A stretch of DNA of 64,000 nucleotides, from the NCBI GenBank assembly GCA_030390025.1, contig CM059432.1:11780001-11844000 (forward strand), in the 5' to 3' direction. This DNA comes from Squalus acanthias (Eukaryota). Under the pieces are notes generated by a model, which ran no database searches, was not told the origin of the DNA, and saw only the letters and a program-made list of their open reading frames with translations. Position numbers and translations under genes: made by a program. Of this stretch, positions 38,013-50,602 are shown piece by piece. The number at the start of each line of letters is the position of its first letter. Position 1 is the first letter of the stretch.

Positions 38013-41000
38013 TAGAAACAAGAAATTGTTTCTTAAATGATTCCACAGGTATTTTGGCTCTAATACCGCATCTTTGTGTGAAAAGCAATTTCCTGATATC
38101 ACCCTAGATTTACCTTTCAACTAGTTTGAACCTGTGTTCCCTTATTCTACTATAACAGTTTAATTTAAAGTAACATTTTGTGATTCCCTTTTTCATTCTC
38201 TATAAGATCACCTCTTCTCCGGGCTGAAAAGCCAGGTATATTTGAGGTGTCGGGCACCGGGAGTCAATGTATGTCAGCGAGCACAGGGAAGATGGATGAG
38301 TGGGACTTGATGCAGGATAGGATAGGATATGGGTAGTAGAGTTTTGGATGAGCTTAAGTTTATGAGGAGTGGAAAGATGTCCAGGAGAGCATTGGAATAG
38401 TCTAGTCTGCCGGTGACAAAGTCATGGCTGATGGTTTCAGTGGAGTCAGGCAATGTTACGGAGGTAGAAGTAGGCGGTCTTTTTGAAAGCCACGATTGAG
38501 TCTGCCTCCACCACCCTCTCAGGCAGTGCATTCCAGATCCTAACCACTCGCTGCGTAAAAAGGTTTTTCCTCATGTCGCCTTTGGTTCTTCTGCCAATCA
38601 CCTTGAATCTGCGTCCTCTGGTTCGCGACCCTTCTGCCAATGGGAACAGTTTCTCTCTATCTACTCTGACGACGATCTCGGTATTCCCGATGTCTAACTG
38701 GAAGAAAGTGCGGCTCATCCAGGACTAGAGGTTGGAAAAGCAGTCTGACAGCACAGAGACAGGGAAGGGGTCGAGAGTGGTGGTAGGGAGGCAGAGCCAG
38801 GCTGTCACTGAGCCAATACCAGAGACACCTTCTGTCGTGGGTCCATCCTAGGACTCAGCAGTCATGAGAGAAGGACTACCTCAGTCCCAAGAGGCTCATT
38901 GTAGTGTGGCATAGCCATCCACATCTCAGACCCCAGGCCCTCAGGTGACTCTTAGAAAAATTATTAGAATAGGCCAAAGCAAAAGTTGCGTGGAGACCAG
39001 GTATATGCACAGTAAAGATACCATGCGATGTAAAAAAAATACTTGAATAATTGCTGCAATGACTGCGTGCTGTTTGGTTATATTAAAGAAGAATGGGATA
39101 TGGCTTATTGTAGTTCTTGCGTTTCATGTAACGACGAGATGTGAAGATCTCACTTTTGGGGAAAGACTGGTTGGTGAGATGGGGCTGATCTGCAATAGGA
39201 CGAATATAATGACAGATACTTGATTAGGCACCTCAGTGGAAATGGAAATCGGGAGAGATGTAGAACGGGCAGCCGATCCGATATCGCCCACTTTGCACTA
39301 TCGCCCAAAGTCAAACTTAGCTCCACAGTGAGCAGTTAAGGAGCTTAATGTACATGGGGCTGGAGCCAGTAGAAACTGGGTGACAGCTTTAGTGTAATAA
39401 TGTGGCAGCAGACTGACCATTACTGAGATGAGGAGGAATTTCTTCACTCAGAGGGTTGTGAATCTTTGGAATTCTCTGCCCCAGAGGGCTGTGGATGTTC
39501 AGTTGTTGAGTATATTCAAGGCTGAGATCGATAGATTTTTGGACTCTAGGGGAATCGAGGGATATGGGGATCGGGCAGGAAAGTGGAGTTGAGGTCGAAG
39601 ATCAGCCATGATCTTATTGAATGGCGGAGCAGGATCGAAGGAGGCCGTATGGCCAATCCTGCTCCTAATTCTTATACTATTATGTTCTCTTCTGTGACAG
39701 CTGAGGTGATATATCACATGATTCATATTAGGATATTAAATATTTTTATTTTGCAGTTTGACAGTTTTTTTTACATATATTTACATAAAATGAATATAAA
39801 AGTTACAGTTACCATTCACAGTTATAATAGCTTATAAAACTGCATCCACTTGTGGGGAGCAGTGAGATAAATACAAATACTTTTATTCATCCAATGGCTG
39901 CACAGTGGCACTGGGTGCTGGTGAGCGAATGTTCGGTGCATTTCAAGTTGGAGAATGCTGAGCGGAAGCTGCAGCATCTCCCCGCGAGGACATCCATTTT
40001 TAGTGAGCTCTTCACCACCACACAGGCCAGGATTTTCCATTTTGCTGAAATCCCAATCTACCCGCCCTCACCCCAGCGTATTTTCCAGAGTCAGGGTCGT
40101 TTATGTAATGTCAGCAGGATTACCATTTCCCACAGCATAGTAGGGCAGTTCATAGAATTATAGTACAGCACAGCACGGAAGGAGGTCATTCGGCCCACCG
40201 AGTCTGCGCCGGCTCTTTTCGAAGAGCAATCCAAGTTAGTCCCACTTCCCCACACTTTCCCCATATCCCTGCAATTTTTTCTCCTTCAAGTATTTAGCCA
40301 ATTCCCCTTTTGAAGGCTACGATTCAATCTGTTTCCACCACCCTATCAGGCAGTGCAGTCCAAATCCTAACCACTCGTTGCATAAAAAGGTTTTTCCTCA
40401 TGTCGCCTCTGGTTCTTTGGTCAATCACCTTAAATCTGTGCCCTCTGGTTATCGACCCTTCAGCCATTGGAAACAGTTTCTCTCCATCTACTATTTCTAA
40501 ACCCTTCGTGATTTTTAAACACCTCTATCAAATCTCCTCTTAGCCTTCTCTGCTCTAAGGAGAACAACCCCAGCTTCTCCAGTCTATCCAGTAATCCCTG
40601 GAACCATTCTAGTAAATCTCTTCCGTACCCTTCACGTCCTTCCTGAAGTGTGGTGCCACATAAGAAGATATTAGAACGGGTGACCAAAAGCTTGGTCAAA
40701 AAGGCGGGTAGAATGAGATTCCACCAAAATGGAAGAGCCTGACCTTTGTGTTAACGGGGAATGTATGTTTTTTTTTAAATTTGGAATTTCATGGTGCTGG
40801 GGAGCTGTAACTGAATCAACGTCCAATGGGACCTTTAACATTTAATTCCCCCCCTACCCTCCACATGCCATGGCAATGCTGGGCACGGGAAACGTAGACG
40901 TGCCCCATGATGCCACGGCACAAATAATGGGAAATACAATGTATAACATATTCCTGTTACTTGTATTCCCTTTGAATATGCCTGTCCCTATTTGGGTACA

Positions 41001-42730
41001 TGTAGTCTACATCTTTGTCACTTCCAACAGAAAATCTTGGCAGTGGTGGGATTGAGCAGTGATGCACAGAACAGCACCCGAAGAAATTTCTGCCCCCATG
41101 CCATCTGTTGGAGTTACGCTCAGGAGCCGGAATAACTGCGGCAGAAGATCCTGGCCAGTGTGTGTGGAATGGGAAAACTTGGGAGTGCTTGACCTTCTAG
41201 TTTCCTCGCCCCTCTCTATCTCCGTAACCTCCTCCAGCCTTACAACCCTACAAGAACTCTGCGTTCCTCCAACTCTGGCCTGTTGAGCATCCCCGACTTC
41301 CTTCGCGCCACTGTTGACAGCCACGCCTTTAGGTTACAAGCTCTGGAATTCCCTCCCTAAACCTCTCCGCCTCTCGCTCCTCTTTTAAAACGCTCCTTAA
41401 AACCTACCTCTTTGACCAAGCTTTTGGTCACCTGTCTTAATATCTTCTTATGTGACTCGGTGTCAAATTCTGTCCAATGACGCTCCTGTGAAGCGCCTTG
41501 GGACGTTTTACTATGTTAAAGGTGCTATATAAAATGTAAGTTGTTGTTGTTCTTTACAGATGCTGTCTTGGGACCATGCAATACAAGCTGTGCTGAGCTC
41601 CCTAACGTCTTACTGAATAAGTGCACTGCCTCGTGATGGTGAGCTGGGAGACCCCGGGTTCTCACCGGTGCAGTCAGCTACTTGATCTCAATAGTTAGAA
41701 TGCCACACTTGGGTTAGGGAAAGGTAGTTGTGCAGAAGTGCCGAGACTTACAAAGCCGACGATACAGCCAAGGAAATGAGCAAACCTGTATCTTAAGAAC
41801 ATAAGAATTAGGAGCAGAATAGGCCACGAGCCCGCTCTGCCATTCAATAAGATCATGGCTGATCTTTGACCTCAACTCCACCTGCCCGCCCGATCCCCGT
41901 ATCCCTTGATTCCCCTAGAGTCCGGAAACCTATCGATCTCACTCTTGAATATACGCAACGACTGAGTATCCACTGCCCTTTGGGGTAGAGAATCTTGTTA
42001 TTTAATACATTGAAACACCAATTTACTACCCGACTTCATCATCCCACACTGAGCCCCTTAAACACCCATCCTTTCAAAGATGCATGCTTCTCAATAACGT
42101 TGTCTATTATTTTAAAGATTTCTCAGAATCCCACATTCTCAATGACCTCAGAGTTTGTAACAAAGTGTTTCACAATAAGATCTGACGATGACATTAAAAA
42201 CCCAAGTTTGAAGATTGCTGAGTCCCACATGCCGCTACAAGTCATGGCAAGTCTTGGCATCCTCTGGGCCATGCTGCTCCTGTTACATCTCTTTCTCCAA
42301 GGAGTCACAGAATTTCAGGCTGGAAAAAGAAAAGAATCTTTGTAAATTTCTGAGATAAATCTTATTAATTGGCACTGATAGATCTCACTGTAATGCTATA
42401 TATTCAAATCTAATTATTTCAAACCAGCACGTGTCCAGCATTCTGCACTTTTTAGATGTATTAGTGTCTGACAAGTATAAGGAGGGAAGCTGTTAAGATG
42501 AGTAGAGAAAAAGTACTTGAGAAACTAATGGGACTAAAAGCCGACAAATCCCCTGGACCTGACGGCCTAGGGTTCTAAAAGAGGCGGCTGCAGAGATAGT
42601 GGATGCGTTGGTTTTGATCTTCCAAAATTCCCTGGATTCGACAACGGTCCCAGCGGATTGCAAGGTAGCAAATGTAACCCTGCTATTCAAGAAAGGAGGG
42701 AGAGAGAAAACAGGGAACTACAGGCCAGTT

Positions 42731-42864
42731 TTTTTTCAGTTCTGACGAAAGGTCATCGGCCTGAAACATTAACTCTGTTTCTCTCTCCACAGATGATGCC
42801 TGACCCATTTCCAGCATTTTCTGTTTTTATTTCGGATTTCCAGCATCCGCAGTATTTCGCTTTT
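42731..42864 (+). mobile_element. Short Penelope terminal fragment inserted in CR1
   Basis: 16-bp TSD gaactacag(g/a)ccagtt at 42715-42730 and 42865-42880. Confidence 0.82.
42738..42774 (+). ncRNA. Minimal hammerhead ribozyme, family A copy
   Basis: agtt-CTGACGA-a-aggtc-atc-ggcct-GAAA-ca-TT-aact. Confidence 0.65.
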
Positions 42865-45800
42865 GAACTACAGACCAGTTAGCCTGACATCAGTCGTTGG
42901 GAAAATGCTGGAATCCATTATAACAGGGTACTTAGAAAATCATAATATGATTAGGCAGAGTCAACATGGTTTTATGAAAGGGAACTCGTGTTTGACAAAT
43001 TTATGAGTTTTTTGAGGATGTAACTAGCAGGGTAGATAAAGGGGAACCAGTGGATGTAGTATATTTGGATTTCCAAAAGGCATTCGATAAGGTGCCATCT
43101 AAAAGGTTGTTGCACAAGATAAGGGCTCATGGGGTTGGGGGTAATATATTAGCATGGATAGAGAATTGGTTAATGGACAGGAGAAAGAGAGTCGGGATAA
43201 ATGGATCATTTTCAGGTTGGCAGGCTGTAACTAGTGGGGTGCCACAAGGATCAGTGCTTGGGCCTCAGCTATTTACAAACTATATTAATTACTTAGATGA
43301 AGGGACTGAGTGTAATGTAGCCAAGTTTGCTGATGATACACAGCTAGGTGGGACAGTAAGCTGAGGAGGACACAAAAAGCCTGCAAAGGGATATAGATAG
43401 ACTAAGTGAGTTGGCAGTAAGATGGTAGATGGAATATAATGTGGGGAAATGTGAGGTTATTCAATTTGGTAGGAAGAATAGGAAAACAGAATATTTTTTA
43501 AATGGTGAGAAACTATTAAATGTTGGCATTCAGAGAGATTTTGGAGTCCTATTACAGCAAGCACAGAAAGTTAGCATGCAGATACAGCAAGCAATTAGGA
43601 AGGCAAATGGCATGTTGGCCTTTATTGCAAGGGGGTTGGAGAACAATAGTAAGGAAGTCTTGCTACAATTGTACAGGGCTTTGGTGAGACCACACCTGGA
43701 GTACCTGTGCACAGTTTTGGTCTCCTTATCTAAGGAAGGATTTACTTGCCTTAGAGGTGGTGCAACAAAGGTTCACTACATTGATTCCTGGGATGAGAGG
43801 GCTGTCCTACGATGAGAGATTGTGCAGAATGGGCCTATACTCTCTGGAGTTTAGAAGAATGAGAGGTGATCTCATTGAAACATACAAGATTCTGAGGGGG
43901 ATTGACAGGGTAGATGCTGAGAGGCTGTTTCCCTTGGCTGGAGTGTCTAGAACTAGGGGGCATAGTCTCAGGATAAGGGGTCGGCCATTTAAGTCTGAGA
44001 TGAGGAGGAGGGTTGTGAATCTTTGGAATTCTCTGCCCCAAAGGGTTGTGGATGCTGAGTCGTTGAGTATATTCTAGGCTGAGATAGATAGATTTTTGGA
44101 TACTGGGAATTAAGGGATATGGGGATAGTGCGGGAAGGTGGAGTTGAGGTTGAAGATCAGCCATGATCTTATTGAATGGCGGAGCAGGCTCAAGGGGCGG
44201 TATGGCCGACTCCTGCTCCTATTTCTTATGTTCGTATGCACACTTCACCTTACCCTGCTCAGCAGTTGTGCTAATTGACAATCAAACTCATGTGGAGCAT
44301 AAACACTGGCATGGACTTGTTGGGCCGAATGGCCTATTTGTGTGCTGTAAATACAATGTAACTCTGTAAACATACAGCAGTATATTTGAGACAGTTTCCC
44401 CTCTCTCCGTCTCCAGAACCCATACAGCAGAGTTAGAGGAGGACGCTCAAAGTAGACAAATTGTCATTAGAGCAGCTTCTTTAGAGGTTTAATGACACTC
44501 AATAACGGATGATTAATCCCTGATTAGTCTGACATGATACAGAAGCTGCTGATTATATGCCAGTTATAGTTTTTCTCAAATCGCTTTATAATCAGGCTTT
44601 TAGTAACACAAGAATCAGAATACTGAGAATAGTCAATCTAGTAAATGTTGTTTCCCACTCACTGGCAATTGAACTCGTAGAATCATAGAATAGCACAGCG
44701 CAGAAGGAGGCCATTCGGCCCGTTGAGTCTGTGCCGGCTCTTTCGAAGAGCAATCCAGTTAGTCCCACTTCCCCGCTCTTTCCCCATAGCCCTGCAACTT
44801 TTTGTCCTTCCAGTATTTATCTAATTCCGTTCTGAAGGCTACTATTGAATCTGTATCCACCGCCCTGTCAGGCAGCACATTCCAAATCCTAATCACTCGT
44901 TGCATAAAAAAGTTTTTCCTCATGTCACCTCTGGTTCTTTTGCCAATCACCTTAAACCTGTGTCCTCTGGTTATCGACCCTTCAGCCATTGGAAACAGTT
45001 TCTCTTTATTTACTCTATCTAAACCCTTCATGATTTTAAACGCCTCTATCAAATCTCCTCTTAGCCTTCTCTGCTATGAGGAGAAGCTCACGTAACTATT
45101 TGCAGTACCTAATGAACTGTATGCCCTACAAATATTAGAAATCAGAAGTAACTGTGAGCATAGGAAACCAGGTCAACAGCAAATAATGATATATTCGATC
45201 AGAATCAAGTATGTAAGTTGAAGTCCCCGCTGCAGTTATATCATGTAACTCGTCTGTTTCATTTTCTTTTGCTCAGCTGGGTCTCTGACGGACACGGAAA
45301 CCCATCACCATGCTTAAGAATCTCCAAAACAAACTACTGAGAAATCCACGCAGGCACGGGTTCTGCTTGTCTGATACAGAGTGCAGACATGCTCCATAGG
45401 GACAAACCCATCTTCTCTAAACTCAGACAATTTACACACAGGTTGGCAAAAGCTACGGCCTAGTGTGTGGAGGAGCACTGTTAAGAGTTTAACCGGCTCA
45501 GAGTGCATAGCTTACAGGCACCGAGCACTTCCCATTACTTGTCTAGCTAGGACCACCCTACCTATCTGGGTGTTGGCTTTTAAGGTTATCTAGAGCTGCT
45601 GAATTGGAAGAACACCAGCTCTCAGTGACAGGTCTACGCTTCCAAGTTCCATCAGTGAGCCAAGCTGGCTGGTCAATCAATCGCACCGTGGACTACTTCA
45701 GGCCTGCCTGGCTCCAGTATTGGATCAATCGGTTTATCACAAAGGATCATCTTGGCTCCAATTTCCCACTGCCAAGCAGACCATCATGGGGACAACTTGA

Positions 45801-46391
45801 CCTTACTGAGAGCCCATTTACCTCCCTCCCAAGTTGAATCGTCACTAGTTGGTCATTAGTTTGTTTCAGAAACAGTAGTACGTTGCCCTTGCATTACTCC
45901 CAGCACAAAAGCATTTCTAACAGGAATTACCCACCCATAATTGCATCAGCATATCTCAGAAGCTAAGGCTGTTTGGCGCTGGGGATTTAAGCAAGAGAGA
46001 AAAACACAAAAACTGAACTGAAAGCAGAGAATTCTGGAAATGCGATCTGAAGAGAAAGATGGGCAATATTTGGCACAAAACATTAACCAATATTTGGCTT
46101 TCAGATATCGACTGACCTGCTCTGCACTTCTAGTTTCAGGCACTTACGTCACCTTGGAATTGTTATTCCTTTTTACCCACAATATATAGTGTTATTGAAA
46201 GTTTAGCTACAACAGATACTGCAGTGGAATGTATAAAATTCATCGTCGCTGGGTCAAAATCCTGACACTCCCTCCCTAACAGCACTGTGGGAGCACCTTC
46301 ACCACAAGGACTGCAGTGGTTCAAGAAGGCAGCAGCTCACCGCCACCTTCTCAAGGGCAATTAGGGATGGGCAATAAATGCTGGACTTGAG

Positions 46392-46840
46392 TAGACAGAT
46401 TGAGTAGACTAGGCCTATATTCTCTAACGTTTAGAAGAACGAGAGGTGATCTCATTGAAACATACAAAATTCTTACAGGGCTTGACAGGGTAGATGCAGG
46501 GAGGAGGTTTCCCCTGGCTGGGAAGTCTAGAACCAGGGGTCACAGTCTCAGAATAAGGGGTCGGCCATTTAGGACTGAGATGAGGAGAAATTTCTTCACT
46601 CAGAGGGTGGTGAATCTTTGGAATTCTCTCCCCCAGAGGGCTGTGGAGGCTCAGTCGTTGAGTATATTCAAGACAGAGATCGATAGATTTTTGAATATTA
46701 AGGGAATCAAGGGATATGGGGATAGTGCAGGAAAGTGGAGATGAGGTAGAAGATCAGCCATGATCTTATTGAATGGCGGAGCAGGCTCGAAGGACCAAAT
46801 GGCCTACTCCTGCTCCTATTTCTTATGTATGTTCTTATGT
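46392..46840 (+). mobile_element. CR1 LINE 3' fragment (similar short 3' pieces at about 39420-39690 +, 41795-41995 -, 49935-50265 -, 62815-62930 +, 63360-63710 -)
   Basis: ORF 46400..46744 and tail. Confidence 0.88.
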
Positions 46841-47566
46841 AATGCATGCTTCTATAATGCTACTTCAGGAAGTAATGGTTAACTCTGCATTTGAACTTCT
46901 GCATGTAAAGGACAGAGAGCCCATCAACAACAGTGCCTGTGAAAAGACAGCACAAACAATCTGGGAAGCTTCACCGCTAAAATTCTGTGCAGGGACTTTT
47001 TGAATTAACATGGGACATTCAGGTGCAATTGCAACAGCCTCTGCCGTAAACATGAAATGTTGACCAGCAGATGCAGGGGAACACCACCACCTCCAAGTTC
47101 CCCTCCAAGTCACACACCATCCTGACTTGGAAATATATCGCCGCTCCTTCATCGTCGCTGGGTCAAAATCCTGGAACTCTCCACCTAACAGCGCTGTGGT
47201 AGCACCCTCACCACACGGACTGCAGCGGTTCAAGGCGGCGGCTCACCACCACCTTCTCAAGGGCAGCTAGGGATGGGCAATAAACACTGGCCTTGCCAGC
47301 GACGCCCATGAATGAATTAAAAAAAAACACCTAGCAATACTTGTGGTGCTAATTTAGGATTGATATCAGGAAGTTCTTCTTTACGTATCAATGTGGGAAT
47401 GGACTTCTTGGTAAAGCAGTGGAATCATTTAAGAAGCAAGTATGTGCTGTGTTGAGAAAACTTCAGATCCTTTCTGGATAGATGAGCCTTCCTCACCCAC
47501 ATCTGTTTTGTGATCTTGTGATCAGTGTTACTGCTAAGTCAATTTCATACGCATCGAGCTAATTGG

Positions 47567-47995
47567 TGTCAGCTGTGACTCAGTGGGTAGCACCCTCACC
47601 TCTGAGTCAGAAGGTTGTGGGTTCAAGTCCCACTCCAGGGACTTGAGCACATAAAGCTAGGCTGACACTCCAGTGCAGTGCTGAGGGAGTGCTGCACTGT
47701 CAGAGGTGCCGTCTTTCTCAGGTGGACGTAAAAGATTCCACGGCACTATTACGAAGAAGAGCAGGGGAGTTATCCCCGGTGTCCTGGCCAATATTTATCC
47801 CTCAACCAACATAACAAAAACAGATTATCTGGTCATTATCACATTGCTGTTTGTGGGAGCTTGCTGTGCGCAAATTGGCTGCCGCGTTTCCCACATTACA
47901 ACAGTGACTCCACTTCAAAAGTACTTCATTGGCTGTAAAGCGCTTTGAGACGTCCGGTAGTCGTGAAAGGTGCTATATAAATGCAAGTCTTTCTT
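47567..47995 (+). mobile_element. Same SINE family (small internal deletion)
   Basis: A/B boxes, core and tail present. Confidence 0.85.
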
Positions 47996-48454
47996 AATGA
48001 CTCGGTGCATTTCATCTCCCTAAGGGTAAATTAAATTATTTTTTAACTCTCCCTTTTTGTACCTTCTCCCTCCCTCCCCTCCCCAGTGTACATCATTCCC
48101 CAGCTGACCAGGGGCGGGGAGTAACTTGTTCCCTTGTCTCTAACAAAACCACCTTTAAGACAATTGCCGGGAGGAGCACAAGAGTGGCTTGTCTTCAGAT
48201 CTTCCCTTTGTCGGGAAAGCACCTCACCTTCACTTGCTAACTTAGGTACGGTCATTGGGAGTAGATTCTGACTTTGTGCGATCGTGTAAAATTGGTGATA
48301 GCGAATCGGCAGCCTGTTGTACATGTCTCCCAATTTTTATTTCCATTGACTTCAATGTTTTACTCTATCAAAGTCAAAATCTACTCCATTGAGTGTCAAA
48401 ATTCACCATGTGGGTATGATTCTTCCACCTGACCAGTGTAAACATAGTGTCACA

Positions 48455-49055
48455 TATAAGATAAGAGGTAGGAGCAGGAGTAGGTCATTTGGCCCCTCGA
48501 GCCTGCTCCGCCATTCAATAAGATCATGGCTGATCTGATCTTGGCCTCAACTCCACTTCCCTGCCCGTTCCCCATAACCCTCGACTCCCTTACCTTTCAA
48601 AAATCTGTCTATCTCCACCTTAAATGACCCAGCCTCCACAGCTCTCTGGGGAAGAGAATTCCAAAGATTCGCGACCCTCTGAGAGAAGAAATTCCTCCTC
48701 ATTCCCCGATTTAAATGGGTGCCCCCTTATTCTGAATTATATCCCCTAGTTCTAGATTCCCCCACGAGGGGAAACATCCTCTCTGCATCTACCCTGTCAA
48801 GCCCCTTCAGAATCTTATATGTTTCAATAAGATCCCCTCTCATTCTTCTAAACTCCAATGAGTATAGGCCCAACCTGCTCAACCTTTCTTCATAAGACAA
48901 CCCCTTCATCTCCGGAATCAACCTTGTGAACCTTCTCTGAACTGCCTCCAATGCACGTATATCCTTCCTTAAATAAGGAGACCAAAACTGTACGCAGTAC
49001 TCCAGGTGTGGTCTCACCAATATCCTGTACAGTTGTAACAGGACTTCCCTACTTA
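48455..49055 (-). mobile_element. CR1 LINE 3' fragment
   Basis: ORF 48727..49020. Confidence 0.9.
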
Positions 49056-49080
49056 TCTAATAGCCGCTTACGTGCAGTGT

Positions 49081-49382
49081 TCAATTTGCTACATTACTTT
49101 TGGCTACTGTCTTTCTTTTGTTGACTGTTCTGTATGTACCTTCTTTCTCCTCGCATTCACTTTCCTCATTCTCTTCTTCCAGCTCCTTCTCCTTGTCATC
49201 ATCTTCATCGCTGAATTCTTCCACTACTGTGAACGTATTTCTGTCTCCAACAGTCATATTTCTCAATTTGGATCGGACAATTTCTATAGCAGTTTCCACT
49301 TGGATGGCTTCCGTGCTACTTGTGCCCATTTCACTGGAAGTGCCGCACATGTGAGACTTGGCGGTCACATCCAGAACCTTTC
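49081..49382 (-). CDS. Exon of uncharacterised gene, RHIM-like motif 2 plus acidic tail (GKVLDVTAK...AIEIVRSKLRNMTVGDRNTFTVVEEFSDEDDDKEKELEEENEESECEEKEG...VAN*)
   Basis: Minus strand: ttctctgattag|GA AAG GTT; phase 1 matches the previous exon and the frame of ORF 49081..49368; TGA at 49083-49081; possible internal donor AAG|gtacat after 49140. Confidence 0.78.
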
Positions 49383-50437
49383 CTAATCAGAGAATTGAGC
49401 CAAGGTCAATGATTAGACACACACTCAAGAAAAATATAGACAACTGCTGCTAACCAAATCAGGATGCCAGAAATAAATGAATGCTTCAAAGAAAAGAAAA
49501 TCACAAAGGGATTTAATTTTCTCTGGTTTTTTTTTAGCGCAATGATTAACTTTTTTGCGTAAAATTCCTTTCTGCATTACAGTTGTTATCCCGTTTATTT
49601 AAAGCAGGTGAACGACAGCATTGAAATAACACAGTAATTTTACATGAACACATTCAGCAGTGCCCTACCAGAGGAAACGTACTCCCTTAATCTATCCAGT
49701 TCAGCCAAGTAACTAGGTAATCTAAAAGAAAACTAGTTTTCTCCTAACCATTTCCTATGTGCTGAGTATAATTGATGGTTAGCGATTTATACTCTTTCAA
49801 TGATACCCATCAAATTCTAGCCTCACAGGACAATGTTGCCTATGGGGATCTGGCCACTTCACATTGATGTTGTCTAAATTTAAACATCATAAGAAAAGAT
49901 GTCAGGCCACCTCAACTGCTTTTAATTCATTTTAAGTACATAAGAACATAAGAAATAGGAGCAGGAGTCGGCCATACAGCCCTTCGAGCCTGCTCCGCCA
50001 TTCAATAAGATCATGGCTGATCTTCGACCTCAACTCCACTTTCCTGCACTATCCCCATATCCCTTGATTCCCTTAGAGTCCAGAAATCTATCGATCTCAG
50101 CCTTGAATCCACTCCACGACTGAGCATTCACAGCCCTCTGGGGTGGAGAATTCCAAAGATTCACAACCCTTTGAGTGAAGAAATTTCTTCTCATCGCAGT
50201 TCCTAAATGGCCGACCCCTTATCCTGAGACTGTGGCCCCTAGTGCTAGACTCTCCAACCAGGGGATTTTATATTATTCTCATTTGATTATGACAGTTGAC
50301 TAAATTAAATGGTACAGACTGTAAAGAGCTCCTTTTTAGCTCAGAGATATAACCATGGACCAGCAATAAAAGCTCATTGTTTTAATCTCAGATTGAAGAA
50401 ATAAAGAACGCAACATTCAGGCAAAGAGTCCACGTAC

Positions 50438-50602
50438 CATGTTCTGTGTTTGTACTCGTTGCTGGCTCCACAAAGTTATCTGAGTCGGATAACGACATAG
50501 TCGTCATAATGGACACATTGTTGTTAGAACCAAAGATGCAATTGTTTAGACTTGAGTTGCAGATGCAGATCTTGCATATTACTGGAGACTGGAACTGTCC
50601 TG
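50438..50602 (-). CDS. Exon of uncharacterised gene, RHIM-like motif 1 (AGQFQSPVICKICICNSSLNNCIFGSNNNVSIMTTMSLSDSDNFVEPATSTNTEH-G)
   Basis: Minus strand: atgtttcttttttcctag|CA GGA ... CAT G|gtacgt; 165 nt, phase 1-1, open frame; unique non-TE sequence. Confidence 0.78.

Larger units (their letters stand above)
42500..44235 (+). mobile_element. 5'-truncated CR1 LINE with a nested Penelope fragment
   Basis: ORFs 43050..43364, 43429..43815 and 43757..44077. Confidence 0.92.

Noticed and set aside
41995..42345. + strand ORF ending in a signal-peptide-like stretch (MASLGILWAMLLLLHLFLQG)
   Set aside because: No convincing donor or downstream exons; the region fits better as a minus-strand terminal exon with an acceptor at 42319.
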